A DNA stretch of 64,000 nt from Candidatus Eiseniibacteriota bacterium (lineage in GTDB: Bacteria > Eisenbacteria > RBG-16-71-46). How positions within the stretch are numbered: the stretch's first letter is position 1; each line of letters starts with the position of its first letter. A model generated the notes under the pieces. The model saw nothing but the letters and a program-made list of their open reading frames with translations. It searched no databases and was not told the DNA's origin. Positions 1-9,837 of the stretch are shown here, piece after piece. The position numbers and the translations under genes were made by a program. The stretch lies in contig JBGAML010000004.1 of the NCBI GenBank assembly GCA_044223005.1, positions 128,001 to 192,000 on the forward strand. Reading direction: 5' to 3'.

Positions 1-390
1 CGCGGGATCCGGGCCCGGAAAGAGGGCCAGGTACTGCCGCGGCGCGCCCATCCCGAAGACGAAGTCGCCATACCCGGCGCGCTGGATCGTCAGCGTGGTC
101 GACGGTGACGCGTCGGCCGCGAGGCGCAGGTCCCGGGCGCAGGTCGGGGCCCAGAACGGCACGACGCGGCCGAGGCGGGCATCCAGGAAGCCGCGCAGCG
201 CGGCGACGTCGGACCGCGAGAAGCAGCTCCAGAGCAGCGAGCGCACCGGGAGCGGGATTCCGGCCTGGTCGTCAAACCAGCGCGCGCCGGTGCCCGGATC
301 GAGCAGCGTGCCCGAGCGCGCGAAACTCTCCGTGAGGGCGTCGCGGAGGTTGTGCGTGACCGGGATCACGTCGAATCCGGCGTAGGTCAC
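1..390 (-). CDS. Phage tail/virion structural protein (partial, runs off window)
   Basis: GTG at 390 overlaps the upstream TGA (GTGA); open frame VTYAGFDVIPVTHNLRD...LRGFLDARLGRVVPFWAPT continues to position 1. Confidence 0.7.
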   Translation of the reverse strand, partial: MTYAGFDVIPVTHNLRDALTESFARSGTLLDPGTGARWFDDQAGIPLPVRSLLWSCFSRSDVAALRGFLDARLGRVVPFWAPTCARDLRLAADASPSTTLTIQRAGYGDFVFGMGAPRQYLALFPGPDPA

Positions 391-1475
391 ACGGCCTCCT
401 GGCTGAAGGCGACATCGGTCTCGGCCACGGGGCCGCCCGGGCGCGAGAGCTGCGGCGCTTCGGTCAGCCGGGCGGCGAGGAGCGGCGCCACGATCGCGCG
501 GGGGGCGGCGTAGGCGCCCGAGATCGTGCCCGCGACGGTCAGGTGGTCGGCGAACACCTGGTCGATCACGAAGGGCTCACAGGCGCGCTGGCTGGTCCAC
601 AGGATGGCCGTCCCGCCGGGCGCGAAGGCGCGCGTGGTGGTGTCCGCATAGACGGCCGTGGCGCCCGGGGCGACCGGGGCGGTGAGCTCGGACGCGTCGG
701 GCCAGAATGGCAGGGCGTAGACGCCGCCCCCGTGAGCGTAGAGCTTGGACATCAGCTCGAGCGCGTCGGCGTCGGTGACGACGAGCGGGTGGAAGCGCAG
801 CTCCCGGCCGGGGATTGCGCGCAGCTGGACGCGCTGCTCCGTCCGCTGGCGCGAGGTGATGACGTCCGAGAGGTACCCGTAGCGCTCTCGCTGGGCGGCG
901 ATGCCGTCCGGGGGCACCGCGAAGAGCGTCAGGCGCGTCCCGCTCAGGGTCAGGTCGGATCCCGGCGTCGTCACGGCGACATAGGTGACCGAGCTCGTGC
1001 GGGTGCGGAAGGTCCAGGTCAGCGTGTTCGCGATCGGGTCCACGCCGGCGGCCCAGACGTAGACGCTATGGATCTCCGAATGCAGCGTCGGGTACTCATG
1101 CGGGAGCGATCCGGCGCTGACGTCGACGCCGGCGGGGCCAGCGATGTCGACGCTCCAGAGCCGGAAGCCGGTCCGGAAGGCGTTCCAGACCTCCACGGAG
1201 AGCACCCGATCGGAAACCACATTCCCGAGCGCGACCTCGCGCGGGACGACGTGGATCCGGTCAAACCACTGGCCGTCGTGCACCGGCGCGCGCGCGCCCG
1301 CGCGCGTCGTCGGCGAGAGGGCCAGCGCCCCCGCGGCGCGGGCGCCGGCCGCGGAGCCCGCGCCGAGCCAGTTCGCGGCCGAGGTAGGCCCCGGCTCGGA
1401 CGCGCCGGAGAGGCGCGCACTCGAGGAGGCAACCGCGGCCGCGAGCGGCCCGAGCGTGAGCTTGCCGGTGGCCAT
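387..1475 (-). CDS. Phage tail virion structural protein
   Basis: 362 aa, translationally coupled within the tail operon; TEQRVQLRAIPGREL motif resembles distal-tail-type proteins. Confidence 0.7.
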   Translation of the reverse strand: MATGKLTLGPLAAAVASSSARLSGASEPGPTSAANWLGAGSAAGARAAGALALSPTTRAGARAPVHDGQWFDRIHVVPREVALGNVVSDRVLSVEVWNAFRTGFRLWSVDIAGPAGVDVSAGSLPHEYPTLHSEIHSVYVWAAGVDPIANTLTWTFRTRTSSVTYVAVTTPGSDLTLSGTRLTLFAVPPDGIAAQRERYGYLSDVITSRQRTEQRVQLRAIPGRELRFHPLVVTDADALELMSKLYAHGGGVYALPFWPDASELTAPVAPGATAVYADTTTRAFAPGGTAILWTSQRACEPFVIDQVFADHLTVAGTISGAYAAPRAIVAPLLAARLTEAPQLSRPGGPVAETDVAFSQEAV

Positions 1476-2494
1476 CAGGCCGCCTTACGGACCGCGAAGT
1501 TGGGGAAGAGCATGTAGTTCAGGCCTCCGACCGCGTAGACGCTGGCCGGCGTGAAACCGTGGCCGACGCCGGCGCAGGCGAACACGGTCGGCGGGTAGCC
1601 GATCGGGATCCAGCGCGCGGCGACGGACTGGACGAAGCAGTGCAGGGGCAGCAGCAGCGCGCCCGAGAACGCGCTCTGCCAGCCGCGCGTTAGGGCCTTG
1701 GCGAGCTGCGGGAACTGGTCCGAGTTCGCGGCGACATAGAAGCCCTGGCTCGTCATGGCGCAGCGCCCCGTGCGGCCGGTGTAGCCGTACTGCGCCGTGA
1801 CCGTGGTGAGGTCGGTGAACCCGATCCACTGCGCGCTGTAGATCGCCGCATCGACGCGGACGAAGCAGGTCGCGTGGAAGTTGCCCGGGTCGGCGAACGA
1901 ATGCGACATGGGCGCGCCGGCCGTCAGCTGGCTTCCGGGGTTCGAGTTCGTCGCACCGACGACGTTGTAGTAGTGCGGCGACGAGCCATAGAAGTACCAG
2001 TAGTCGTTGGTGAAGCCGATCTTCGCCAGGGACGGGCCCCAGCCCATGTGGCTGTAAAGGCCGCCGCCACGATCGACGACGACGGTGATGTGGTCGTTGC
2101 CGTCGTCGAAGAAGTAGTAGGCGCCGATCGCGCCGGAGCCGAGCTGCATGCCGGCGCCGACGGGGCCCGGGCTGCCGGCGATGTCCACCGGCGCGCCGGC
2201 CTGGTTATTCCACGCATTGGCGCCGTTGTAGCCGGTGCCGAGGTAGAGCGAGACGCCGTAGCCTGCGGTCGCGGTCGATCGTCCGGAGCCCCACGCCGTG
2301 GAAAGGTTCGCAGCCTCGTTCACCAGCGCGCGCAGGTGCACGTACTGGCTGCCCTTGTGCAGGTGGGCGCGCCAGCCCGCGCCATAGGAGACGCTCGAAT
2401 CGCTGGTCCAGCCCTGCCCCGTGAGGAAGGTGACGAGCTTCTGCAGCAGGTCGGTCGGCCCCGTGGCCGTCCCGGTCGAGTAGGCGGCAGCCAT
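1475..2494 (-). CDS. Phage virion structural (tail) protein
   Basis: 339 aa, Gly/aromatic-rich, N-terminus MAAAYSTGTATGPTDLLQKLVTFL is paralogous to the neighbouring gene. Confidence 0.7.
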   Translation of the reverse strand: MAAAYSTGTATGPTDLLQKLVTFLTGQGWTSDSSVSYGAGWRAHLHKGSQYVHLRALVNEAANLSTAWGSGRSTATAGYGVSLYLGTGYNGANAWNNQAGAPVDIAGSPGPVGAGMQLGSGAIGAYYFFDDGNDHITVVVDRGGGLYSHMGWGPSLAKIGFTNDYWYFYGSSPHYYNVVGATNSNPGSQLTAGAPMSHSFADPGNFHATCFVRVDAAIYSAQWIGFTDLTTVTAQYGYTGRTGRCAMTSQGFYVAANSDQFPQLAKALTRGWQSAFSGALLLPLHCFVQSVAARWIPIGYPPTVFACAGVGHGFTPASVYAVGGLNYMLFPNFAVRKAA

Positions 2495-2495
2495 G

Positions 2496-4097
2496 TCAGT
2501 CGAGCCTCACGGCGAGGAAGTCGTTGCGATCGATGCGGGTGATATTGGGTACGGCGAGGTGCTTGATCGGGCCGACGGCGATGAGGTCCTCGGCCGAAAG
2601 GCCCTGCCCGGTGACGAACGACACGCCGGCGAGCTGGCCCCACGTGTTCGGCTGCGAGTCCATCAGCGAGACCGGGAAGAGTGCGTAGGAGCCGTCCGGA
2701 TTCACGTCGACGTTGTTGACGCCGGTGCCCCCCGTGTAGCCGGTGTTGTAGGGCCAGATCCAGCCGGCCGCCTCGGCGACCTGCGTGTCGACGCTCGTCG
2801 CGAAGAAGGGCGCCCAGGTCCCGTCGAGCCGGCGCGCGCGCAGCGTGGCGCGGCCGAGCGTGCTCCCGCCCTCGCTGTCCGAGTGCACGATCGAGCGGTG
2901 TCGGTTGGTGGCGTTCGCCACCTGGAAGCCCGTGCTCTCCCACGTGGGCATCGTGTCACCGAGGGCGAGCGTCCCGGCCATCACCAGCGGATAGGGCAGC
3001 TGCGCCGGCGTGAAGTAGGGCTCGAGGAACCCGAGATAGGCGGTCTCGTAGCTGGAGCCCACCTTGGCAACGATCAGGACGCGCCGCCCATCGGCGATGA
3101 ACCAGTAGGGGATGCTCGAGTTCGCGAGCGGCAGGAAGAGATTCCGCTGCATGCCGGTCTGCGAGAAGAAGGGCAGCGCGGCCGTGAAACCGTCGAAGGC
3201 GCAGAGTTCCCAGTCGTAATAGGCGACGTCGGCGCGCTGGAAGGAGCGGACCCCGACGAGGATCCCGCCGGCGCCGTCGTTGCCCGGCGCCTCCCAGAGA
3301 TACTGCGACATGGCGACGTCGATCCCGCCCGCCGCCGTGTGCAGCTGCACCGCCTGCAGGTTGCACGGGCTGTTGCCGGCGGTGATGTTGAGTCGGTAGC
3401 GCGCCGCGGAGACGGGCGAGGTGATCGTGAGCACCTTGAGCTCGGACGTGGCGAACGTCTGCCCCGAGCGGGTGTCGAGCACCGTCCACGCCGAGCCGTT
3501 CCAGTACTCGAACGTCCAGGCCGTGGGACCGTTCGCGTTGTTGAAGTAGCCGAGCATCGAGTACTCGACCACCGTGATCGCCGAGGGGAAGTTGAACTCG
3601 ACGAGCTTCGGGAGCGTGGAGGCGGTCCAGTAGCGGCCCGTGCTGGTCGCATCCTTGCCATCGATCAGGTTCTCGAAGCTGAACTGCCCCGAGGAGCCGC
3701 CCGCGCCGGAGCCGGAGCTGAGCGCCATGGTGCAGCCGGGTAGCTGCCGGCGGCCGGTCCATTTGGGCGCCGTCTGGAGCGTGAAGACGTCGCCGGCGAC
3801 GAACGCGACACCGCCCGCGGAGATCAGGAAGGCCAGTTTCGCATGGCTGAACGGCGTTCCCACCGTGGCCGGCCCGATGCTGCCCGAGGTCGATCCGACG
3901 ACGTTGAACGACGTCGAGCTCGTGGCCGTGATGACGAACGTTTCAGCGATCGACGAGGCCCCGCCCTTGTAGGCAGTGAGCGCGCCGTTACCCGTGCCGG
4001 CGTAGGTGAGGCCGAAGGCGCTCCCGGTCGTGGTCAGGAACGTGTCGAGCTTCGCGAGCAGGTCGCGGTAGTCCGTGGCGGTGCCGATCTCGACCAT
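2496..4097 (-). CDS. Phage virion structural protein with internal discoidin (F5/8 type C)-like domain
   Basis: 533 aa directly after tape measure; ENLIDG...W...PTAWTFEYWNGSAWTVLD...ARYRLNIT pattern. Confidence 0.7.
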   Translation of the reverse strand: MVEIGTATDYRDLLAKLDTFLTTTGSAFGLTYAGTGNGALTAYKGGASSIAETFVITATSSTSFNVVGSTSGSIGPATVGTPFSHAKLAFLISAGGVAFVAGDVFTLQTAPKWTGRRQLPGCTMALSSGSGAGGSSGQFSFENLIDGKDATSTGRYWTASTLPKLVEFNFPSAITVVEYSMLGYFNNANGPTAWTFEYWNGSAWTVLDTRSGQTFATSELKVLTITSPVSAARYRLNITAGNSPCNLQAVQLHTAAGGIDVAMSQYLWEAPGNDGAGGILVGVRSFQRADVAYYDWELCAFDGFTAALPFFSQTGMQRNLFLPLANSSIPYWFIADGRRVLIVAKVGSSYETAYLGFLEPYFTPAQLPYPLVMAGTLALGDTMPTWESTGFQVANATNRHRSIVHSDSEGGSTLGRATLRARRLDGTWAPFFATSVDTQVAEAAGWIWPYNTGYTGGTGVNNVDVNPDGSYALFPVSLMDSQPNTWGQLAGVSFVTGQGLSAEDLIAVGPIKHLAVPNITRIDRNDFLAVRLD

Positions 4098-4099
4098 GG

Positions 4100-6709
4100 T
4101 CAGTTCCCCAGCATGCCCCGGATCTTCCGGGGGTTCTTGCCCACTACCTTCAGCACGAAATCGTGGCCGGCCGGCGTATCCATCTCACCCAGGACGAGGC
4201 CCGGACCGAGCTTCAGCGTGAGCTGTCCGCTGAAAGGCCCGGAACCCGCGCTCGCGCGCGCGCCCGACAGCCCCTCGAGAAGGTCGGCGGGCAGGGATGA
4301 CGCGCCGGGAAGCGCGGCCACCTGGAAGGGCTGACGGCCGAGGTTCAATGCCTCGAGACTCGCCAGGACTCCCGGCTGAGCAACGATGGGCGCGCGGACC
4401 ACGAACTCGCCGTTCGAGGCCGCGATCAGGTTCGAATCGCTCGTCGCGGTCCCGGCACCGCTCACGAGACCACCGCCCGCGAAGCCGGTGAACGCCTTGC
4501 CGAGAACGGAGAGGATCCCGGCCAGTCCATCGCCGCCGGACGACTTCTTGTTGCCACCGAAGAAGTGACTGCTCAGCTCCAGCGCGAGCTGCTCGGCCGC
4601 GATCCGCTGCAGCGCATTCACGGTTCGCAGGGCAAGCTGGTCCATGGCATCACCGAAGCTCTTCGCCTGATTGATGCCGTCGCTAAAGTACTCCGCGAGG
4701 GTGCCCTGGAACACGTCGGCGACCTTCGCGCGGAGATGCTGCATGCCCTGCTCGGCGACATCAGCCGCTTGGCCCATGTTCCGGAGGCCGTCCGAGAACT
4801 GTTCGGCCTGCAGGATCGCATCCGGGTTGTTGGTCGCCGCGGCCGCGCGCGTGAGCGCGTCCGCCATCTCGCGCAGACCCGGGAGCCGCTGGCGCTCGAG
4901 CGCGAGGATCGCATTCTCGCCCTGCAGCTGCGTGAGCTGACCGGCCTGAACGTCCGCCTGGATTCGAGCACGCTTAGAGGTGAAGCGGGCCATGACGTTG
5001 TCGGCTTCATTGCGGGCCGCTTCGAAGTTGGCCGCCGCGGTCATCGCATCGTCGAACGCGGCGACCCTGCTGCGGATCTCGGCGGTGGACAATCCCTGCA
5101 GACGCAAGGTCTCGGTGAGGTCGCGGCGCTCCTGGGCGATGTCGAGGAGCGTGGCGGCGTAGCGGTTGCCCTGCGCCTCGAGCACCTTGCGCTCGTAGGA
5201 AAGCCGCGTGTCGCCAAGCCGCCGAACGTCCGCGATCTCGGCGTCGTTCAGGTCCGCCTGCTGCGCCAGCGACTTGATCTTGAGCACCCGGATCTGCGCG
5301 TCGATCGCCTTGACATCGCGGACAGCGTCTTCGCCGATGGGGTTTGCCGCGGCCACGACGCGCTGGCGCACGAGCTGCGCGATCTCGAATCGCGTCTGCT
5401 CTTCCGCGAGCTTCCGGCGCGCCGCGTAGTGGTCTCGGATCGTCGTCAGCGACCGCCGATAGCTGCTTTCCTCATTGCGCTCGCGAAGCGCCAGCTGGGC
5501 GTCATGGATGGCCTTTTCATTGGCCAGAGCCGACTTCAGGGCACGCTCGCGCTCGCGGAAGAGCTCCTCAGCGGTCTTGCCGCCGCCCCCTTCCGAGCTC
5601 GTAGCAGAGGGCGAAGGCGTTGCGGACGGGCCAAACGCGAGTTTCAGGCCGCTCGCGATATCAGCGCGCGACCGGGCCTCAATTTCGCGAATCTGTTGCT
5701 CGTAGAGACGCCCTCGCGCTGCGGCCTCGGCGAAATGCCCCCGCATCGCGAGCGTCGCTTGTTCCCATGTGGCGGTCAGCCCAATCGTGATTCGGGCGAG
5801 CAGCGCGGACCATGGCGCGACCGCAGCCTTTGCGACTCCGTAGATCAAGCCAATTGCCCGCGCGGCAACGCGGCCCAGCGCTTCGAGGGCCTCGGCGTCT
5901 CGACCGATGTTCTGGGCGAGTTCGTGAAGGGTCTGATCGCTCGCATCGCCGAGACCGGCCGCGAAATGCATGCCCACGTTCGTGGCCTGGTCCGAGATGA
6001 GCTTCATGTTGTCGCCGAGTCTCTTTGCGGACTCGACAGTGCGCGCATCCAGCAGCAGCCCCAGCGCGGAAGCCTTTTGCTTCAGCGCCTCGAGGCCACC
6101 GGGCTCTCCCAGCTCCTTCACGAGCGGAACAAGCTCGCGCCCGGTCTTGCCGAGATCGCGCTCGACGAATGCGGCCTTCGTTCCCTCATCCGAGACCGAG
6201 CGCAGCGCCCGCGCATAGGTGACAAGACTCGCCGTCAGATCCTGCCCCTGGAATGAGCCTGCATTCAGGTGCAGATTGGCGAAGTCCGCCCGCGCGGAGG
6301 GATCTCCTTCGCGCAACGCCTGCCTGCGAGTTGCGAAGTGACCGAGCGAGGCCTCGAGCGCGTTGATGTCCGAGCCAGTGAGGCGAGCGCCGGCCGAGAG
6401 GGCAGAAAGATTCTCGACGGTGCCGCCGAGGCGTTCGCGCAGCTTCGTGACCGATTCGGCCGCATCGACGGACTGTCGCGTGAGCTCGACCAGCGATCCG
6501 ACCGAGATCGTGACCCCGAGCGCCGCCATCACCTCGCCGGCGCCCTCAAGGGCCTTGCCCAGGACAATCGCCCCGCGACTGCCGCCCTCGGAGGCGCGCG
6601 AGACCGACTTGGCGGTATTCTGGGACTCCGCCTGAATGCGCTTCAGCGCATCGACGACTTCCTGAACACCCTCGGCTGAGAGCCTGACCCTAACGTCTGG
6701 TGATGGCAT
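4100..6709 (-). CDS. Tail tape measure protein
   Basis: 869 aa helical Ala/Leu/Arg-rich protein; C-terminal FAGGGLVSGAGTATSDS...SNGEFVV motif. Confidence 0.9.
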   Translation of the reverse strand: MPSPDVRVRLSAEGVQEVVDALKRIQAESQNTAKSVSRASEGGSRGAIVLGKALEGAGEVMAALGVTISVGSLVELTRQSVDAAESVTKLRERLGGTVENLSALSAGARLTGSDINALEASLGHFATRRQALREGDPSARADFANLHLNAGSFQGQDLTASLVTYARALRSVSDEGTKAAFVERDLGKTGRELVPLVKELGEPGGLEALKQKASALGLLLDARTVESAKRLGDNMKLISDQATNVGMHFAAGLGDASDQTLHELAQNIGRDAEALEALGRVAARAIGLIYGVAKAAVAPWSALLARITIGLTATWEQATLAMRGHFAEAAARGRLYEQQIREIEARSRADIASGLKLAFGPSATPSPSATSSEGGGGKTAEELFRERERALKSALANEKAIHDAQLALRERNEESSYRRSLTTIRDHYAARRKLAEEQTRFEIAQLVRQRVVAAANPIGEDAVRDVKAIDAQIRVLKIKSLAQQADLNDAEIADVRRLGDTRLSYERKVLEAQGNRYAATLLDIAQERRDLTETLRLQGLSTAEIRSRVAAFDDAMTAAANFEAARNEADNVMARFTSKRARIQADVQAGQLTQLQGENAILALERQRLPGLREMADALTRAAAATNNPDAILQAEQFSDGLRNMGQAADVAEQGMQHLRAKVADVFQGTLAEYFSDGINQAKSFGDAMDQLALRTVNALQRIAAEQLALELSSHFFGGNKKSSGGDGLAGILSVLGKAFTGFAGGGLVSGAGTATSDSNLIAASNGEFVVRAPIVAQPGVLASLEALNLGRQPFQVAALPGASSLPADLLEGLSGARASAGSGPFSGQLTLKLGPGLVLGEMDTPAGHDFVLKVVGKNPRKIRGMLGN

Positions 6710-6784
6710 CGGTTAGAGCGTCGCCTTTCCCCGCTTGCGCACCCCGTCGCACATCCGTGATGCTTATGTCGAAAGGGGGATGTT

Positions 6785-7036
6785 ATGAAACCGACGTGGT
6801 ATTGCCTCGAATGTGGCTTCACCGGGTCGTCTCGGACGATCACGCCCGGGTCCTTTGGGGTAGAGCTCGTGTTGTGGATGTGCCTTGCGCTTCCTGGACT
6901 GATCTACTCGGTTTGGAGATTGACGGCCCGACACGAGGGATGCTGCGTCTGCAAGTCCTCGCGCATCATTCCCTTCGATTCTCCGCGAGCTCGCGAGCTC
7001 TATGCGCAGCAGCAGCGGACCTCCGCGGGCGTCTGA
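6785..7036 (+). CDS. Small CxxC-TM-CxxC membrane zinc-ribbon protein (LITAF-like), moron
   Basis: 83 aa; CLEC...GSFGVELVLW...PGLIYSVWR...CCVC; purine-rich RBS; antisense to tail operon. Confidence 0.75.
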   Translation: MKPTWYCLECGFTGSSRTITPGSFGVELVLWMCLALPGLIYSVWRLTARHEGCCVCKSSRIIPFDSPRARELYAQQQRTSAGV

Positions 7037-7047
7037 TTTCCGCAGAT

Positions 7048-7727
7048 TCACCCTTTCAGGATCTTCGGGACCTCCGGCGGGTTGGATCGCGACTTGGACC
7101 ATGGAGCGCTCAGGGCGTGGAGGATCTGCTGGTGGCGGAAGCCCTCAAGCGCATGCCGCCGAGCGATCTCGCGGTATGCCACCAGCGTCTCCACCAGGGG
7201 CCACCGGTAGACCTCGTCGGCCCGGGCGGGATCGAATCCTGCAACCGCTCGGATGACGTCGGACCACTCTCCCCAGGGACCCGTCGCAGGCCGTGACTGG
7301 GCTGACCGCTCGAAGAGATGGATGAAGCGGCGGAAGAGATCAGCCCGGCGGCGAAAAAATCGGCGATCAGGGCTCCCAGCAGCATGTTCAGCTGACGCTT
7401 GTCCTCCGGGGCGCTGAGCGACTTGAGGAACTCCGCAGTCTCCGTCGCGATCGCGGGACTCCAGGGCGCGCCCGACGCCGATTCGGGAACGAGCATCCCG
7501 CTGATGAGCAGGAACTCCTTGCCGGAGTCGATCGCGATGCCCAGCAGGCGACGAGCAAAGGCCTCCGGCGTCTCACCTTCGGTGAGGAACACGTCATAGA
7601 GACCGGCGCCGCGCACCTGGCGCATATACCAGTGATCGTGTTCGGCGGTCGTCTCGGTGAGGACGTGGAACCGGCGTCCTCCGAGCGTATGGACTGCCGC
7701 GGGTCCGGGATCAGCCGTTCGTTCCAT
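7048..7727 (-). CDS. Tail assembly chaperone (G/GT-like) with -1 frameshift extension
   Basis: Lies between tail tube and tape measure; ATG 7727, 0-frame stop at 7110; slippery T TTT TTC at 7359-7353; -1 frame open to TGA at 7048. Confidence 0.8.
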
Positions 7728-7892
7728 GGCCTTCGCCCTCCCGCTGTCCGGTGACGCGCGCATCACGCGCCGGACTGTCGCTGGCGGTCCGCCAGAGCTG
7801 GCGGGCGCCGAGAATGATCGGATTCTCCAAGGTCACGCCTCCGGTTGCGTTTTCGCACTCCCCGGATATCCTGAGTTCAGGGGGAAACGACT

Positions 7893-8138
7893 ATGAACCG
7901 TGATGCCTACTGCAAGGATTGCGGGTTCGTCGGCGAAGTCGTGACGATGAAGCGGGGTTCTGGCCGGATCGAACTCGTCCTCTGGTTGCTGACCTGCTTC
8001 GGGCTGGGCCTGATCTACTCGGTCTACCGTCGCAATCCGCCGCTGGGGTCATGCGCCAATTGCTGCTCGAGGAACATCATCCCGGCGGACTCGCCGATCG
8101 CTCGATCCCTCGGCGCGCCGCCGCCTCCTCGAATCTGA
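7893..8138 (+). CDS. Small CxxC-TM-CxxC membrane zinc-ribbon protein, paralog of 6785-7036
   Basis: 81 aa; CKDCGF...GSGRIELVLW...GLIYSVYR...CANC..NIIPADSPIAR. Confidence 0.75.
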   Translation: MNRDAYCKDCGFVGEVVTMKRGSGRIELVLWLLTCFGLGLIYSVYRRNPPLGSCANCCSRNIIPADSPIARSLGAPPPPRI

Positions 8139-8255
8139 CGCGGACCAAGTCTGGCGCTCTCCCTTCAAGTCCATCTCCACGATCGGTGCTCCCGTCCCCC
8201 GCGGGCAACGGGCGCGCCGGCCAACCGCACCGACGCGCCCGTGCGGGGGGATCCG

Positions 8256-9065
8256 TCAGCCGAGCTTGTTGAGTTCTCCCACGCCTGTGTGGATGCCGTC
8301 GGCGAGGGCGAGACCCTTGAGACCGTAGTTCCCGAAATCGTCACCGACGAACGCCAGGTTGCCGTCCGGAGCGAAGTTCACCTTCCAGAGCTTGAGCTCC
8401 ATCTTCGGGCCCTGGCCGGCCGCCGGGACGCCGATGAACCGCAGGAATCCCGTGACGTCGGCGCGCGTTCCGATCAGGACGCGCTCGATCGCGCTGCTGC
8501 CCGACGTCAGCGTCGGGTAGGTGTAGCTGACCTTGACGATGTCGGTGCCGGGGACGATCGATCCGCCCGCGATGATGTAGATGCGGCCCGTGATCGCGTC
8601 CACCTGGTAGTCGGTGCCGAGGACCTTGGTCGCGGCGAGGACCTTCACCGTCACCGCGGAGATGGGGTTCGCGACCGACCCGCGGAATGCGAGCGGGTAC
8701 CAGGCATCCGCGGACGGGATGGCGACGTTGCTGTTGATGAGCTCGTCGACGACCGCCGCGCCGGTCTGCGTGATCGGGCTGGAATCGTCGCCCAGGAGGA
8801 ACATGGCGAGGTTGCGGGCCATGTATTCGTTGAACTGCAGCGCGACCTCCTGCGAGGAGCGGATGATCGCGCGCGCGAGCAGCTCGCCGGCGGAGGTCGT
8901 GTGCGAATACTTCTCCTTCGTCTCGACGGTTCCGGTCAGCGAGAGTGATTCGATGTCGCCGAGGAACTTCTCGCCCGTCCTCGCGCCCGTGGAGCTGAGG
9001 CGGTCGAAGTAGAGCTCGCCGTGGCCGAGCAGCATGTTGCTGCCGGACGCGATGTTCGAGGACAT
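8256..9065 (-). CDS. Major tail (tube) protein
   Basis: 269 aa; LLGHGELYF...KFLGDIESLSLT and C-terminal WKVNFAPDG motif; strong GGAGG RBS; operon position. Confidence 0.8.
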   Translation of the reverse strand: MSSNIASGSNMLLGHGELYFDRLSSTGARTGEKFLGDIESLSLTGTVETKEKYSHTTSAGELLARAIIRSSQEVALQFNEYMARNLAMFLLGDDSSPITQTGAAVVDELINSNVAIPSADAWYPLAFRGSVANPISAVTVKVLAATKVLGTDYQVDAITGRIYIIAGGSIVPGTDIVKVSYTYPTLTSGSSAIERVLIGTRADVTGFLRFIGVPAAGQGPKMELKLWKVNFAPDGNLAFVGDDFGNYGLKGLALADGIHTGVGELNKLG

Positions 9066-9083
9066 CCACTACCTCCTTGGGTC

Positions 9084-9542
9084 TCAGACCCGCTGTTCAG
9101 CGTCGTTGACGCGCGTCGTGTAGCTCACATCGAACGTGTGGACGGCGAGGAGCGTTTGCACCTCGCCCTCGAAGAACGACCACTCGACGTCGTGCTCGCG
9201 GATCTCGATGACGAGATTCCCGAGGGTGGTGCCGGGGCGCTGGCCGCAGAGCGCTTTCACACCCCACGCCAGCAGCGGTTCCGCCGCCTGGTCCGCGCTG
9301 ACGCCGGTCGCGGCCGCGGTGCGGTGCCAGAGCTGGACGCGGAACGACCGGGCCACGAGGGGGCCGAAGCGGCCCTTCGCGGGCTCGACCGTTTCCTTCA
9401 CCGGCACGAGCACCGTCGCCGGAAGCTGCTCCGGCTCGAGCGCGATCGCGCGCGCGCGTTCCGCAGCCGGCACGCCGGAGGGCTGGCCGGTGTTGTAGGC
9501 GGCGAGGATCGTCTCGAGGACGGTTTCGCGGACGGTGCTCAT
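9084..9542 (-). CDS. Tail terminator/completion protein
   Basis: 152 aa immediately upstream of the tail tube gene; MSTVRETVLE start, FDVSYTT end. Confidence 0.65.
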   Translation of the reverse strand: MSTVRETVLETILAAYNTGQPSGVPAAERARAIALEPEQLPATVLVPVKETVEPAKGRFGPLVARSFRVQLWHRTAAATGVSADQAAEPLLAWGVKALCGQRPGTTLGNLVIEIREHDVEWSFFEGEVQTLLAVHTFDVSYTTRVNDAEQRV

Positions 9543-9832
9543 GCCTTCGCGCAGACGATTCGGGTGACCGCGCCGTCATCGAGCGCATGGCGCTCTCGGA
9601 CGACGCGGGGGACCCCGTTGACGTTGATGCTCGCTCCCGGGACGAGTCCCGGGAGCGAGCCGGTCGCGACGTGAACGATGACGGTGCCCTGCACGAGCTC
9701 GGCCAGTTCACCGGAGGGCCCGACCACGGCCTGGGGACGGTCGACGATTCCGACGGTCGTCACCGCCCCCAGCGTGATGGGCTCCCCCAGTACCCCGAGC
9801 ATCGCCAGGACTTCCGCATCGTCCAGCGCCAT
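9539..9832 (-). CDS. Head-tail joining protein (gpFII-like)
   Basis: 97 aa beta-rich, MALDDAEVLAML...ERHALDDGAVTRIVC; operon position. Confidence 0.6.
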   Translation of the reverse strand: MALDDAEVLAMLGVLGEPITLGAVTTVGIVDRPQAVVGPSGELAELVQGTVIVHVATGSLPGLVPGASINVNGVPRVVRERHALDDGAVTRIVCAKA

Positions 9833-9837
9833 GGGCG

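Noticed and set aside
8196..8250. Hairpin after the tail tube gene as a distinct RNA element
   Set aside because: Adequately explained as a terminator or stabiliser between convergent genes.
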